From assembly GCA_947467145.1 (NCBI GenBank), contig CANIGJ010000002.1:168441-232440 (forward strand): 64,000 nt of DNA, read 5' to 3'. The notes below the pieces were generated by a model. That model searched no databases and had not been told where the DNA came from. It was given only the letters and a program-made list of their open reading frames with translations. Shown here piece after piece: positions 27,954-37,449 of the stretch (positions within the stretch are counted from its first letter, which is position 1; every line of letters starts with the position of its first letter). The position numbers and the translations under genes were made by a program. This DNA is from Rhodospirillaceae bacterium (lineage in GTDB: Bacteria; Pseudomonadota; Alphaproteobacteria; Rhodospirillales; UBA2165).

Positions 27954-29588
27954 TTAAAGCTCAGCAGTGGGCAGGGGCTTTCGCCCGCGCAATAGATCGG
28001 CCATCTTTTCCGCGATCATCATGGTGGGCGCGTTGGTGTGCCCACCCGGCACGGTGGGCATGACCGAGGCGTCGATGACGCGTAAACCGTCCACGCCATT
28101 CACGCGGAGTTGCCCATCGACCACCGCATCGGCATCCGCCCCCATGCGGCAGGTGCCGACCGGGTGATAGATCAGGCCGGCGGTTTGGCGGATATAGGCG
28201 TCGATCTCGTCGTCGCTCTGCACCTGCGCACCGGGCCAGACTTCTTTGTCCATCATGCTTTTGAGCGGCTCGCTCGCATAAATATCGCGCGCCACCTTCA
28301 CGCCGCGCCGCAGCGTTTCCAGATCGTTGGGGGCCGAGAGGAAATTATGGCGGATGACGGCTTTGGCGGCGGGATCGGCCGAGCGCAAGGTCACGCTGCC
28401 CCGGCTTTCGGGATGCAGCAGGATGACGCGGCAACCCATATAGCCGCCCTTCGGCGCGCGAATGCCAGGAAACCAGATATGCGCTTCGGGGTTCACGCGG
28501 TTCATCAGGAATTCGACGTCGGGGGCAGCAAGGCCCGCCTTGGTGCGCAAGTACGCCATCGCGCCGACGGGCAGCGAACAGAGCGGTCCGCGCGCGAACA
28601 GCGCCCAGTTGAGCACGTTGAGCGCCAGACGGTCGGCACGCAGCTCGGCATCGAAGCTTTTCATCTTCTCGGTCGTATAGCCGACGCCGGTATGGACGTG
28701 ATCTTGCAGGTTCTTGCCGACGTTTTTTGCGTCATGCACGACGGCGATGTTGTGCTCGCGCAAATGATCGGCCGGCCCGATGCCCGACAACATCAATAGA
28801 TGCGGCGAATTGTAGGCCCCGCCTGACACGATGACTTCGCGCTCCGCGCGCGCCACATGCTCGACGCCGTTCACTTTATAGCTGACGCCGGTCGCGCGTG
28901 TGCCGTCAAAGTTGACGCGGCCCACCAAGGCGCCGGTGACGAGCGTTAGATTGCGCCGACGCAGCGCCGGGCGCAGATAGACGCGCGCCGCACTGGCGCG
29001 CCGCCCATTGCCGATGGTGTAGTCGCAGCGCCCGAAGCCTTCCGGGTTCGCTCCGTTCAGATCGTCGGTCGCGGTAAAGCCCGCCGCCTTCCCCGCCGCC
29101 ACATAGGCATGATGCGCGATGCTGTCATTGTCGCCTTTGGAAACCGTCAGCGGGCCGCCGCCGCCGTGATGTGCGGTTTCGCCGTCCGCGAAACGTTCGG
29201 ACTTCTTGAAATAGGGCAGCACGTCGGCGTGGCTCCACCCCGTGAGGCCCAATTGGCGCCAATGGTCGTAGTCGCTGGGATGGCCGCGCGAATAGATCAT
29301 GCCGTTGATCGAAGATGATCCGCCGACCACGCGGCCGCGCGGCACATAGATCGCGCGATTGTCGAGATGCGGCTCGGGTTCGGTATCGTAGCCCCAGTTC
29401 CAGCGTTTGACCGTCATCAGGTCGCGGAATTTGAGCGGCAGGGAAATCCACGGATGGCGATCCGACTTGCCCGCCTCGAGCAATAGGACCTTGCAATGCG
29501 CATCCTCGCTCAGCCGGTTGGCCAGCACGCAGCCCGCCGATCCGGCGCCGATGATGATGTAGTCGAACTGTTGGTGAGATGTCGCCAT
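27954..29588 (-). CDS. GMC-family FAD oxidoreductase (choline dehydrogenase-like)
   Basis: 544 aa. N-terminal [22 protein letters not shown] and C-terminal GMC signature ...HPVGTCRMG. Confidence 0.9.
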   Translation of the reverse strand: MATSHQQFDYIIIGAGSAGCVLANRLSEDAHCKVLLLEAGKSDRHPWISLPLKFRDLMTVKRWNWGYDTEPEPHLDNRAIYVPRGRVVGGSSSINGMIYSRGHPSDYDHWRQLGLTGWSHADVLPYFKKSERFADGETAHHGGGGPLTVSKGDNDSIAHHAYVAAGKAAGFTATDDLNGANPEGFGRCDYTIGNGRRASAARVYLRPALRRRNLTLVTGALVGRVNFDGTRATGVSYKVNGVEHVARAEREVIVSGGAYNSPHLLMLSGIGPADHLREHNIAVVHDAKNVGKNLQDHVHTGVGYTTEKMKSFDAELRADRLALNVLNWALFARGPLCSLPVGAMAYLRTKAGLAAPDVEFLMNRVNPEAHIWFPGIRAPKGGYMGCRVILLHPESRGSVTLRSADPAAKAVIRHNFLSAPNDLETLRRGVKVARDIYASEPLKSMMDKEVWPGAQVQSDDEIDAYIRQTAGLIYHPVGTCRMGADADAVVDGQLRVNGVDGLRVIDASVMPTVPGGHTNAPTMMIAEKMADLLRGRKPLPTAEL

Positions 29589-29632
29589 CCCGTATGGAAA
29601 CGTTGTGGGACGCGCGATGTCAACTATTGGGA

Positions 29633-30034
29633 CTATTGGGTGAGGAGTTGGCGAATCCGCTCCTCGATATCCTCAAGGCCATAGGGCTTGCACACGAACG
29701 GCAGCCGGCTGATCGGGCCCGACCCGTCGAGGACCGCCGCACCCGATGTCATCAGCACGGGGATCTCACCGCGCCGATCTGCGATCCAGCGCGCCAGGCC
29801 GACGCCGTCCAGTTCGCCCGGCATGGTGATGTCGCTAAAGACGAGATCGACATGGGTCTGGCTCGACAGCACCGCGATCGCCTCGGCTGCATTGGCCGCC
29901 TCGATCACGGTGAAGTTGACGTCGCGCAGATGTTCGGCGACGACGGAGCGAATGATGACTTCGTCCTCGACCATCAAGATGACGCGCTTCCCATGGGCGT
30001 CACGTTGGAAATCGTTGGATGCCGCGCTGGCCAT
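29633..30034 (-). CDS. Single-domain response regulator (canonical receiver)
   Basis: 133 aa. MVEDE acidic pocket, LVFSDITMPG phospho-acceptor Asp, MTSG, CKPY Lys. Confidence 0.85.
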   Translation of the reverse strand: MASAASNDFQRDAHGKRVILMVEDEVIIRSVVAEHLRDVNFTVIEAANAAEAIAVLSSQTHVDLVFSDITMPGELDGVGLARWIADRRGEIPVLMTSGAAVLDGSGPISRLPFVCKPYGLEDIEERIRQLLTQ

Positions 30035-30045
30035 TCGTTACGTCC

Positions 30046-30465
30046 TCAGGGGCTCAATTTCGAGGTTCGATGCCGTTCGCGCAAGAGATGAATGCGTCGC
30101 AACAGTTCTTGCGGATGGTACGGTTTTGTCAAGGGACCGTTGCTGCACACCTCGGCCGCCTTGCTGGCCGCGTGTTCCAGGCCGCTCGTCAGGATCACAT
30201 TGATGTCGGGCCGCGCGATGCGGATGCGATGGGCGAGTGCAAAGCCGCTCGATTCGTCCGCGCTCTGCGCGCCCGAGAAGACTGTGTCGATGTCGATCTC
30301 GGTGCTGAGGATGGTCAACACGTCGTCGCCGGACGAACTTTCGACGACCTTGTAGCCGCATTCGCGCAGATAATCCGCGATGGTCATGCGGACGAGAACA
30401 TCGGGTTCCATGACGAGGATGGTGGAGGACTTGTCGGCGGGAGGTGTAAGGGTCGTATCAGTCAT
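30046..30465 (-). CDS. Single-domain receiver-like protein lacking the phospho-acceptor Asp
   Basis: 139 aa. It aligns with the neighbouring RR (VMEPD / TVFSGAQSAD / LTSG / TKPY). Gly replaces the conserved Asp. Confidence 0.75.
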   Translation of the reverse strand: MTDTTLTPPADKSSTILVMEPDVLVRMTIADYLRECGYKVVESSSGDDVLTILSTEIDIDTVFSGAQSADESSGFALAHRIRIARPDINVILTSGLEHAASKAAEVCSNGPLTKPYHPQELLRRIHLLRERHRTSKLSP

Positions 30466-30499
30466 TCAAAAACCTCGTTGTAGTTTCTGATGCCTGTAA

Positions 30500-30525
30500 A
30501 ACCCGCTCGCTCACGAACCCGTTCC
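30500..30525 (-). promoter_or_regulatory. Candidate EcfG-type (ECF15, general stress) promoter upstream of the receiver pair
   Basis: The minus strand reads GGAAC-N17-GGTTTTA. The -10 end lies ~35 nt upstream of the ATG at 30465. A GAGG RBS sits 7 nt before the ATG. Confidence 0.3.
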
Positions 30526-30726
30526 CGGTGGCCCACTTTCCTCACAAATGCGTGAAAGTTTAGGAATTTGTGACCAATCTGGGGCTGCCCCGGGATTGCC
30601 ATAAATCTGCCGGTGGCCTTGCCGTGATGCGCGACACGGCCTATGCGGCAATGCTAATTTACTGACCAATCGTAAGTTCGAGAACGGGGTTAAAGACCCC
30701 GAATAACCTTCAGGGAGATTTCGTTC

Positions 30727-32283
30727 GTGACCAAAATTCTGTCCGCCGTCGTCTTCGCCGCCGCTTCGGCGTTGTTCATCGCCCCCGCAAGCCTCTGGCT
30801 TGCCCAACCAGTGGCGGCTCAGAAAGCGAAAGACACCTTGCGCTTGGTCACCATCGATCCGTTCAACTCGGTCGACGCCTATTACACCGGCGGCAACGAG
30901 GTCGCGTTCCTGGCGCGCGAGCTGTATGGCCGCATCGTCGTGTTCGACGAATACAACGGCAAGTTCATCCCCGAACTGGCGAAAAGCTTCGAGCGTATCA
31001 ACCCGACGACCATCGATTTCGAAATCCGCGACGATCTTACCTTCCATTCCGGCAACAAGCTGTCGGCCGAGGATGTGTTCTACACGCTCAATTGGGCGAT
31101 CGATCCCACTGTGAAGCTGCGCAACAAGGAACGTTATTCCTGGGTGCAGAAGGTCGAAAAGCTCGGCCCCAACAAGATCCGCCTGATCGGCAAGGAACCC
31201 TTCGCCGCCGACATCTTCACCATCGCCTATCGCTTCTACATCCTGGATTCCAAGGTTCATGCCGCGATGGCCGACAAGGCCAATTACGGCCGCCAGAATC
31301 CGTCGACCACGGGGCTCTATAAAATCACGTCGGTGGACGAGAACCAGGGCGTGAAGATGGAGCGTTATGAGCCCAACATGGGCAAATACGCGCATCGCCG
31401 TGCGCCCATCAAACATATCCACACCATGCCGCTGCCCGATCGCCAGACCCAGATGGCGCAGCTCATCACCGGCGGCGTCGATATGGTGCGCGAGATTTCG
31501 TCCGACATGGCCGAGCAGTTGCAGGGCAATGCCGCCGTCGCCACGACGCCAATGCAATCGAAGCTGCTCGCCTATATCAATTTCGATGCGCTGGGGCGGT
31601 CGGGCAATGCGGCGTTTAAGGATGTGCGCGTGCGTCAGGCCTTCATCCGCGCCATCCCGCGCGACCAAATTGTGAAGACGTATGTCGCCGGCGCGGAAAT
31701 CGCCGAGGTGCCCGACGCGATCTGTTTTCCGAAAAACGACGCCTGCGCGCCGACGACCAAGCCGTTGACTTACGATCCGGCGGCGGCGCGTCAATTATTG
31801 ACCGATGCCGGCGTCGGCAGCGGCGTCGATTTCGAACTGTCGGTCTTCCAGCCCTATCGCGCGATCGCCGAAGCCATGGCGGGCGAGCTGCGCAAGGTGG
31901 GCCTGCGCGCCACCGTGCAACCCTATACCCAATCGGTCTTCACCAAGAAACGCGAGGCCGGTGAGCTGACGGCGCTGCTGCAGGTCTATCCGACCTTCGC
32001 CCAGCCGACGATGGACAACATCCTCAATCATTTCTTCGAAGGCGGGCGCGACTACGCCAACGATCCGATCATCGACGCCGCCGCCAAGGCGGGTTACGGC
32101 GAAACCGACACGCCGAAGCGCACCGCCATCTATCAAAAGGCAATCGATCGCGTGAACGAGATGGCTTATGTGTATCCGTTCAGCGAACAGCCGACCGTCT
32201 ACGCGCACGCCAAGGACGTGAAGATCGAACCGAACCAGTTCTCGCTGTCGGAAGTGCGGCTGGGCGACTTTTTCTGGAAGTAG
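30727..32283 (+). CDS. ABC transporter substrate-binding protein, family 5, paralog B
   Basis: 518 aa, GTG start, signal peptide then AQKAKDTLRLV, C-terminal GDFFWK. Confidence 0.85.
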   Translation: MTKILSAVVFAAASALFIAPASLWLAQPVAAQKAKDTLRLVTIDPFNSVDAYYTGGNEVAFLARELYGRIVVFDEYNGKFIPELAKSFERINPTTIDFEIRDDLTFHSGNKLSAEDVFYTLNWAIDPTVKLRNKERYSWVQKVEKLGPNKIRLIGKEPFAADIFTIAYRFYILDSKVHAAMADKANYGRQNPSTTGLYKITSVDENQGVKMERYEPNMGKYAHRRAPIKHIHTMPLPDRQTQMAQLITGGVDMVREISSDMAEQLQGNAAVATTPMQSKLLAYINFDALGRSGNAAFKDVRVRQAFIRAIPRDQIVKTYVAGAEIAEVPDAICFPKNDACAPTTKPLTYDPAAARQLLTDAGVGSGVDFELSVFQPYRAIAEAMAGELRKVGLRATVQPYTQSVFTKKREAGELTALLQVYPTFAQPTMDNILNHFFEGGRDYANDPIIDAAAKAGYGETDTPKRTAIYQKAIDRVNEMAYVYPFSEQPTVYAHAKDVKIEPNQFSLSEVRLGDFFWK

Positions 32284-32289
32284 GGGCGA

Positions 32290-33414
32290 CTAACTCTTCG
32301 CCGCCGCGCTCTTGATCCGATCGAGATCCGGCACCAAACCAAACCCCGGCGCGTCGGTGAGTTCGAGCCAGCCGTCCTTGATGGTCGGCAGGCCTTCATA
32401 CATCTGATCGTAGGCGCCGAAGCCACCGACATGGCATTCGATCATCGAGCCGTTGATGGCGCCGGCCTGCAGATGGGCGTTGTGCGGCGCGTGGCCGCCG
32501 CCGTTGGAGATCGGCACGTTGAATGCTGCCGCCATTCCCGCGACCTTCAGCGCCTGCGTGACACCCGAACAGATCGCCACATTGGGCTGCGCGTAATCCA
32601 AAGCGTCGGCGACGAGCAGTTGTTTGAAGCTGAAGGGCAGGCCTTCGTTCTGTCCGGCGGCGAGCGGCACGCGGCTGATGCGCCGCATCTGCGCCATCAA
32701 GGCCGGATCGTTCTGCGTGATCGGCTCTTCAAAAAACGCGATGTTGTATTGCTCGGCTTCCTTGGCCAGGCGCACTGCGTTGGGATAATCCAGCCGGTTG
32801 CCGGCATCGAGCGCCAGGCCGACATCCGGCCCGATGGCGTCGCGCACGGCGGCGATGCGTTTAATATCGGCGCTCACGATATCGTCCATCGCCGGCCGCT
32901 CGGTGCGGCGCGACAGCCCGGGTCGGCCGACACGCATCTTCAAACGCGCATAACCCTTGGACACGATGTCTTTCGCGACGGCTTGGGTTTCGTCGAGTGA
33001 CAACTTTTCCGCACCGAAGGTGATGTAGATCTGCAATTTGCGGCGGGCACCTCCGAGCAGGCGCCACACCGGCAAGCCGGTCAGCTTGCCCTTGATGTCC
33101 CACAGCGCGATATCGATCGCCGCGATGGCGTGGCTCGCATAGCCGGTCTGGCCCCACGGGCTCGCCGCCCAATACATCATGTGCCCCAGATTTTCGACGT
33201 CGAGCGGATTGTGTCCGATGACCACCGGCGCCAGTGTCTTGTTGACGCAGGCCGCCACGATATCGGTCTGGGTGATGCCGGTCTGCCCGTAACCCGTGAT
33301 GCCTTCGTCGGTCTCGACCGCGACGAAGCAGGTCGTGTCCTCGCGATCCAATCCGCCCGCCGCATGACGCGCGGACATATTCAGATGCGTTGCCGTGACC
33401 TTTGTGATTTTCAT
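32290..33414 (-). CDS. Enolase-superfamily enzyme (mandelate racemase/muconate lactonizing family)
   Basis: Start preferred at MKITKVTATHL (33414). Contains TDEGITGYG, ALDAGN, FFEEP and AAGQNE metal-ligand-like blocks. Confidence 0.85.
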   Translation of the reverse strand: MKITKVTATHLNMSARHAAGGLDREDTTCFVAVETDEGITGYGQTGITQTDIVAACVNKTLAPVVIGHNPLDVENLGHMMYWAASPWGQTGYASHAIAAIDIALWDIKGKLTGLPVWRLLGGARRKLQIYITFGAEKLSLDETQAVAKDIVSKGYARLKMRVGRPGLSRRTERPAMDDIVSADIKRIAAVRDAIGPDVGLALDAGNRLDYPNAVRLAKEAEQYNIAFFEEPITQNDPALMAQMRRISRVPLAAGQNEGLPFSFKQLLVADALDYAQPNVAICSGVTQALKVAGMAAAFNVPISNGGGHAPHNAHLQAGAINGSMIECHVGGFGAYDQMYEGLPTIKDGWLELTDAPGFGLVPDLDRIKSAAAKS

Positions 33415-33427
33415 GTCGTTATCTTCT

Positions 33428-35080
33428 TCAAAGCGGGATTGGCAGATCGGCCTGTGAATCATCCTGCAACGCACCTACCAGGCGCAAGCCGATCTCGGTC
33501 GATTCCTGCACCGTGGCGGTCACGCCCAGTTTGCGCAGATCGAGAACCTCTTGTTCGGTGGTGCCGCGTACGATCAGGCGCACATGCGGGAATGAATGAC
33601 GACAGACCGCCGCCACACCTTCGGCCGTGCCGGGTGTGGATGCCGCGACGATGATGGCGCGCGCATGGTCGGCGCGCAGGCCGTGCAGGATGTGGGCATC
33701 GTTGCCGTCGCCGAAATAGATCGGCTCGCCGTCGCGGCGCAGCGCCCGCACCGCCCGCGCATCGCGATCGAGCGTGAGGTAATCGATATCCCAGGCTTTC
33801 AGCAGGCGAGTGACGATCTTGCCGACCTCGCCCTGGCCGACGACGATGATATGGCCGGTCAGATCGTCGATGCGCGCGTCCGCGCCGTCGCGCCGGCTGG
33901 CCGAGCGCACGTCGAGCCAGCGCCCGATACGTTCCTCGATCTTGGCGATACCCGGCATGGCGATGAGGGTCGCGCCGATGGCGGCCAGCACGATCTGCGA
34001 CATTTCCGGCGGCAGCAAAGTTGCAGCGGCAGCAAGGCCGATCAACACGAAGGCGAATTCGCCGCCTTGCGACAGCAACAGGCCGAGGCGCAGCGAATCC
34101 CACGGCCCGTTGCCGAGCAACCGCGCGAGGCCCGTGACGACGATGCTTTTGCCGAAGAGCAATGCGAGTGTGACGCCGAGCACGGCCGCAGGGTGTGCGG
34201 CCGCCGTCTTGATATCGATCGACATGCCCACCGTGATGAAGAACAGGCCGAGCAGCAGGCCGCGGAACGGTTCGATATCGGCGGCGACCTGATGGCGGAA
34301 CTCGGTTTCGGCCAACAGCATGCCGGCGAGGAACGCGCCGAAGGCGAGCGATAGGCCGGCATGTTCGGTGATGAAGCTGGTGCCGAGTGCGACGAGCAAC
34401 GCGAGGCCGATCGACAGTTCCGGGCTGCGCGCATTGGCCACCATGTGGAACACCGGCTGCAACACGAAGCGCCCGATGGCGACGATGACCGCGACCGCAC
34501 CCACCGCCTTTACCCCGGCAATGCCCAGCGCCTGCACCAATTGCATCCCCGTCTCGGCGGCGCTGCCGTGCAGGGTTTCGATCAGCACCAGGAACGGCGC
34601 CATGGCGATGTCTTGCACCAGCAGGATGGCGAAGGCCGATTGGCCGAACTCGGTCGATAGGCGCGATTGCCCGGCGAGCAGCGGCACGACGATGGCGGTC
34701 GACGACATGGCGACCGCGCCGCCCATGATCGCCGAGGCCGCGATGCCGTGCCCCAACATATAAGTGACGGTGCCGGCCAGCAGCGCGGTGACCGAGACCT
34801 GGCCGAGGCCGAGGGCGAATTTACGCGCCCCGAACCCCGACAGTTTTTCGAAGGTCAGCTCCAACCCGATGGTGAACAGCAGGAAGACGACGCCCAGCTC
34901 GGCCAATGATTTGAGGATTTCGGCGCCGCTGATGAGGCCAAAGCCGGAGGGGCCGACCAGGATGCCGGCGACCAGGTAACCCAGCACCGAGCCCAGGCCG
35001 AGACGCTGGAACAGCGGCACGCAAATGATCGCCGCGGCCAGCAGCTGGAGGACATCGATCAGGAAGGACGTATCGGGCAC
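33428..35080 (-). CDS. CPA2-family cation:proton antiporter with a TrkA-N domain (KefB/KefC-like)
   Basis: 550 aa. N-terminal LGSVLGYLVAGILVGPSGFG and C-terminal Rossmann IIVVGQGEVG. Confidence 0.85.
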   Translation of the reverse strand: MPDTSFLIDVLQLLAAAIICVPLFQRLGLGSVLGYLVAGILVGPSGFGLISGAEILKSLAELGVVFLLFTIGLELTFEKLSGFGARKFALGLGQVSVTALLAGTVTYMLGHGIAASAIMGGAVAMSSTAIVVPLLAGQSRLSTEFGQSAFAILLVQDIAMAPFLVLIETLHGSAAETGMQLVQALGIAGVKAVGAVAVIVAIGRFVLQPVFHMVANARSPELSIGLALLVALGTSFITEHAGLSLAFGAFLAGMLLAETEFRHQVAADIEPFRGLLLGLFFITVGMSIDIKTAAAHPAAVLGVTLALLFGKSIVVTGLARLLGNGPWDSLRLGLLLSQGGEFAFVLIGLAAAATLLPPEMSQIVLAAIGATLIAMPGIAKIEERIGRWLDVRSASRRDGADARIDDLTGHIIVVGQGEVGKIVTRLLKAWDIDYLTLDRDARAVRALRRDGEPIYFGDGNDAHILHGLRADHARAIIVAASTPGTAEGVAAVCRHSFPHVRLIVRGTTEQEVLDLRKLGVTATVQESTEIGLRLVGALQDDSQADLPIPL

Positions 35081-35121
35081 AGAGGATGTTTAGAACGGGT
35101 GGGCTAAATGCACAATAATAC

Positions 35122-35189
35122 CCTCATCCTGAGCCTGTCGAAGGATGGGCCAGCGGCACCCCGCATCCTTCGACAGGCTCAGGATGAGG
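35122..35189. repeat. 68-bp REP-like palindromic element, copy 1
   Basis: 26-bp perfect arms CCTCATCCTGAGCCTGTCGAAGGATG / CATCCTTCGACAGGCTCAGGATGAGG with a 16-nt loop. Identical to copy 2. Lies 10 nt from the MscS-type gene stop. Confidence 0.9.
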
Positions 35190-35199
35190 CTCTGCTATT

Positions 35200-37449
35200 T
35201 CAATCCACCTGCCTTGGCGTGTTCTTATCCGCCGGCTCTTCAGCGCGGCGCACTTCGACGGCGAGCGCGGGCGCGGTGCCCGGTTTGATATTGAGCCCGT
35301 CGATATAGACCGTGCGGCGCGGCGCCGGCAGGTTGATGCCCTCGGCGTCGAAGGCCTTCTTGAGCCGGCGCAGGAATTCGTGGCCGACCTTGCCCTGCTG
35401 GCCGACCCGCGTGCGGATGCGCACGCGCAGGATGACGGCGTTTTCGTCGATGCGCTCGACGCCATCGATTTCGGCGGGGCTCAGGATCAGGCGTTTGAAA
35501 TCGTCGTCCGCGTCCATCTCGGCCGTCACCGCCTTGATGACCTCGGCCACGCGGTCGCTGTCTTGTTCGAACGACACGCCGATGTCGGTTTGGTAGAACG
35601 AGAAGTCGCGCGTCTTGTTGGTGATGGCGTTGACGGCGCTGAACGGCACGGTGTGGATACTGCCTTCGCCGTCGCGCATCTGGATGGTGCGGATATTGAT
35701 GCGCTCGACCGTGCCGGCATGGCCGCCGCCGAGATCGACATTGTCGCCGACCGAGATGGTGTCCTCCATCAAGATGAACCAGCCGGTGATGACGTCCTGC
35801 ACCAGCTTCTGCGCGCCGAAGCCGACGGCGAGGCCGATGACGCCGGCGCCCGCCAACAGCGGCGTGATGTTCATGCCGATCTCGGCCAGCACGACCATGG
35901 TGACGAGCACGATCAGGATCAGGCGCAGCGCAGTGCGCGCGAGTGGCAATAAGGTGAGGGCGCGCGTGCTGATGCGGCCGCGATTGGTCAATTGGCGTTC
36001 GATCAGCGAACTGACCAATTCCCAGGTGACCAAGGCGAGTGCGATGATCACGCCGATGCTGACGACGGCCGAGGCGACCTTCTGGCCCAAGGGGCTGGCG
36101 ACCCAGGCGAAGATCTCGACACCCCAGGCTTCGAGAATGGTGGCGACCGCGAGCAGGCCGATGAACAAACGCAGCAGGATGGTGATCGCGGTGGTGTAGC
36201 GATTGACGCGCGATTGCAGGCCGGGGAAGCGCGCCCGCATATCGTCGGCGATGGTGAAACCGCGCCGGGTCAGGGAGCGCACGGCGTTGTCGAGGCCCCA
36301 CACCAGCAGCAACACGATCGCGGTCAGCACCGTGCCGCGCACGATATAGATCGTGCCGTCATTGCCGCGCATGGCGAGCACAAGGTAGAGCGCGACCACG
36401 TAGAAGATGGCGAGCAGATGCCATACGGCGGCGAACGGGCGGCGGAACGTCATCCAATGGCCGTCCTTGTCGTCCATGCCGCGGATGTTGGCGGACCAGG
36501 TTTCGCGGTTCTGCAGGATGAAGACGATCAGCAGGAGTGCGACGACGAGGCCCAGCACATTGATCAGCACGCCATAGGCCGATTTCGACAGGCCCATCAG
36601 CAACGCGGCTTCGAGCGCGAAATAGCCGTAAAGCGCCACATAGCCGATGCGGCAGATCCAGATGTAAAGATAGTTCGCCGTCTCGTCGCTCAGCGGCGGC
36701 ACGCGCAGGTTCGGCGTGCGCGGCGCCAGCACGAAGCGCGCGATCATCATCAGGGCTTCGCAGGCGACCAGTGCATTGATGAGTGCGAGCGCGATCAGCT
36801 TGGTCGCGGGGCGGGGTTCGATGAAACCGGTGACGGCGAGCGCCACGCCGGCGCCGGCGACCAGGGGCAGGATGTCCAAGGTCAGGCGCAGCAGCGCGAA
36901 CAACAGGCGCGGCAGGATCGAGAGGTAAATCCGCCCTTCGATGACGCGGCGCGGTCGCGTGAAGGTATAGGCGACGATGATATGCGCGAGGATACCGGCG
37001 CCCAGGATCGCCAGGATCTTGAGCAAGCCTTCGACGCCGACGCGCCGCGATGCCGGATCGGCGATGGCGGTCTGCAACCAATTCCCGAAGCGTTTGAAAT
37101 CGATATCGCCGCCGAGCGCGGCGACGCTGGCCACCGCATTGCGCAATTGGCTGGAAAAACGCGCGAGCCAATTGTCGCTGGTCGCTTTTTCCTCGGCCCG
37201 TTCGACCTTGCGCTGCGCGTCGCGCAACGTCTTCAGGTTCTGAATGAAGTCGCCGCGCGTTTTGTCGTTCTCGAGCGTCTGGATCAACGTCTCGAGTTCG
37301 CGCGCACTGGCGGGCTGTTCGTCCTCGGTGGTCGGCGGCAGCAGATTGGGAATGTCGGCGGCGTGGGCGAACGGCGCCGCCATGCTGAGCAGCAAGACAA
37401 ATGCGAGCGCACGCACAACGCGCGCCATCAGGTGGGGATTAACGGCCAC
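35200..37449 (-). CDS. Mechanosensitive ion channel, MscS family with a large N-terminal periplasmic/TM extension (MscK-like)
   Basis: 749 aa. Signal-like N-terminus, multiple TMs, and a canonical MscS core (GAQKLVQDVITGWFILMEDTISVGD). Confidence 0.85.
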   Translation of the reverse strand: MAVNPHLMARVVRALAFVLLLSMAAPFAHAADIPNLLPPTTEDEQPASARELETLIQTLENDKTRGDFIQNLKTLRDAQRKVERAEEKATSDNWLARFSSQLRNAVASVAALGGDIDFKRFGNWLQTAIADPASRRVGVEGLLKILAILGAGILAHIIVAYTFTRPRRVIEGRIYLSILPRLLFALLRLTLDILPLVAGAGVALAVTGFIEPRPATKLIALALINALVACEALMMIARFVLAPRTPNLRVPPLSDETANYLYIWICRIGYVALYGYFALEAALLMGLSKSAYGVLINVLGLVVALLLIVFILQNRETWSANIRGMDDKDGHWMTFRRPFAAVWHLLAIFYVVALYLVLAMRGNDGTIYIVRGTVLTAIVLLLVWGLDNAVRSLTRRGFTIADDMRARFPGLQSRVNRYTTAITILLRLFIGLLAVATILEAWGVEIFAWVASPLGQKVASAVVSIGVIIALALVTWELVSSLIERQLTNRGRISTRALTLLPLARTALRLILIVLVTMVVLAEIGMNITPLLAGAGVIGLAVGFGAQKLVQDVITGWFILMEDTISVGDNVDLGGGHAGTVERINIRTIQMRDGEGSIHTVPFSAVNAITNKTRDFSFYQTDIGVSFEQDSDRVAEVIKAVTAEMDADDDFKRLILSPAEIDGVERIDENAVILRVRIRTRVGQQGKVGHEFLRRLKKAFDAEGINLPAPRRTVYIDGLNIKPGTAPALAVEVRRAEEPADKNTPRQVD

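Noticed and set aside
35108-35308. Short ORFs translating the palindromic repeat (LSLSKDGPAAPRILRQAQDE; also 49503-49787 and part of 41226-42164)
   Set aside because: The same peptide strings arise wherever the REP-like element occurs, in both orientations. The covarying stem change in copy 3 argues for structural rather than coding constraint.
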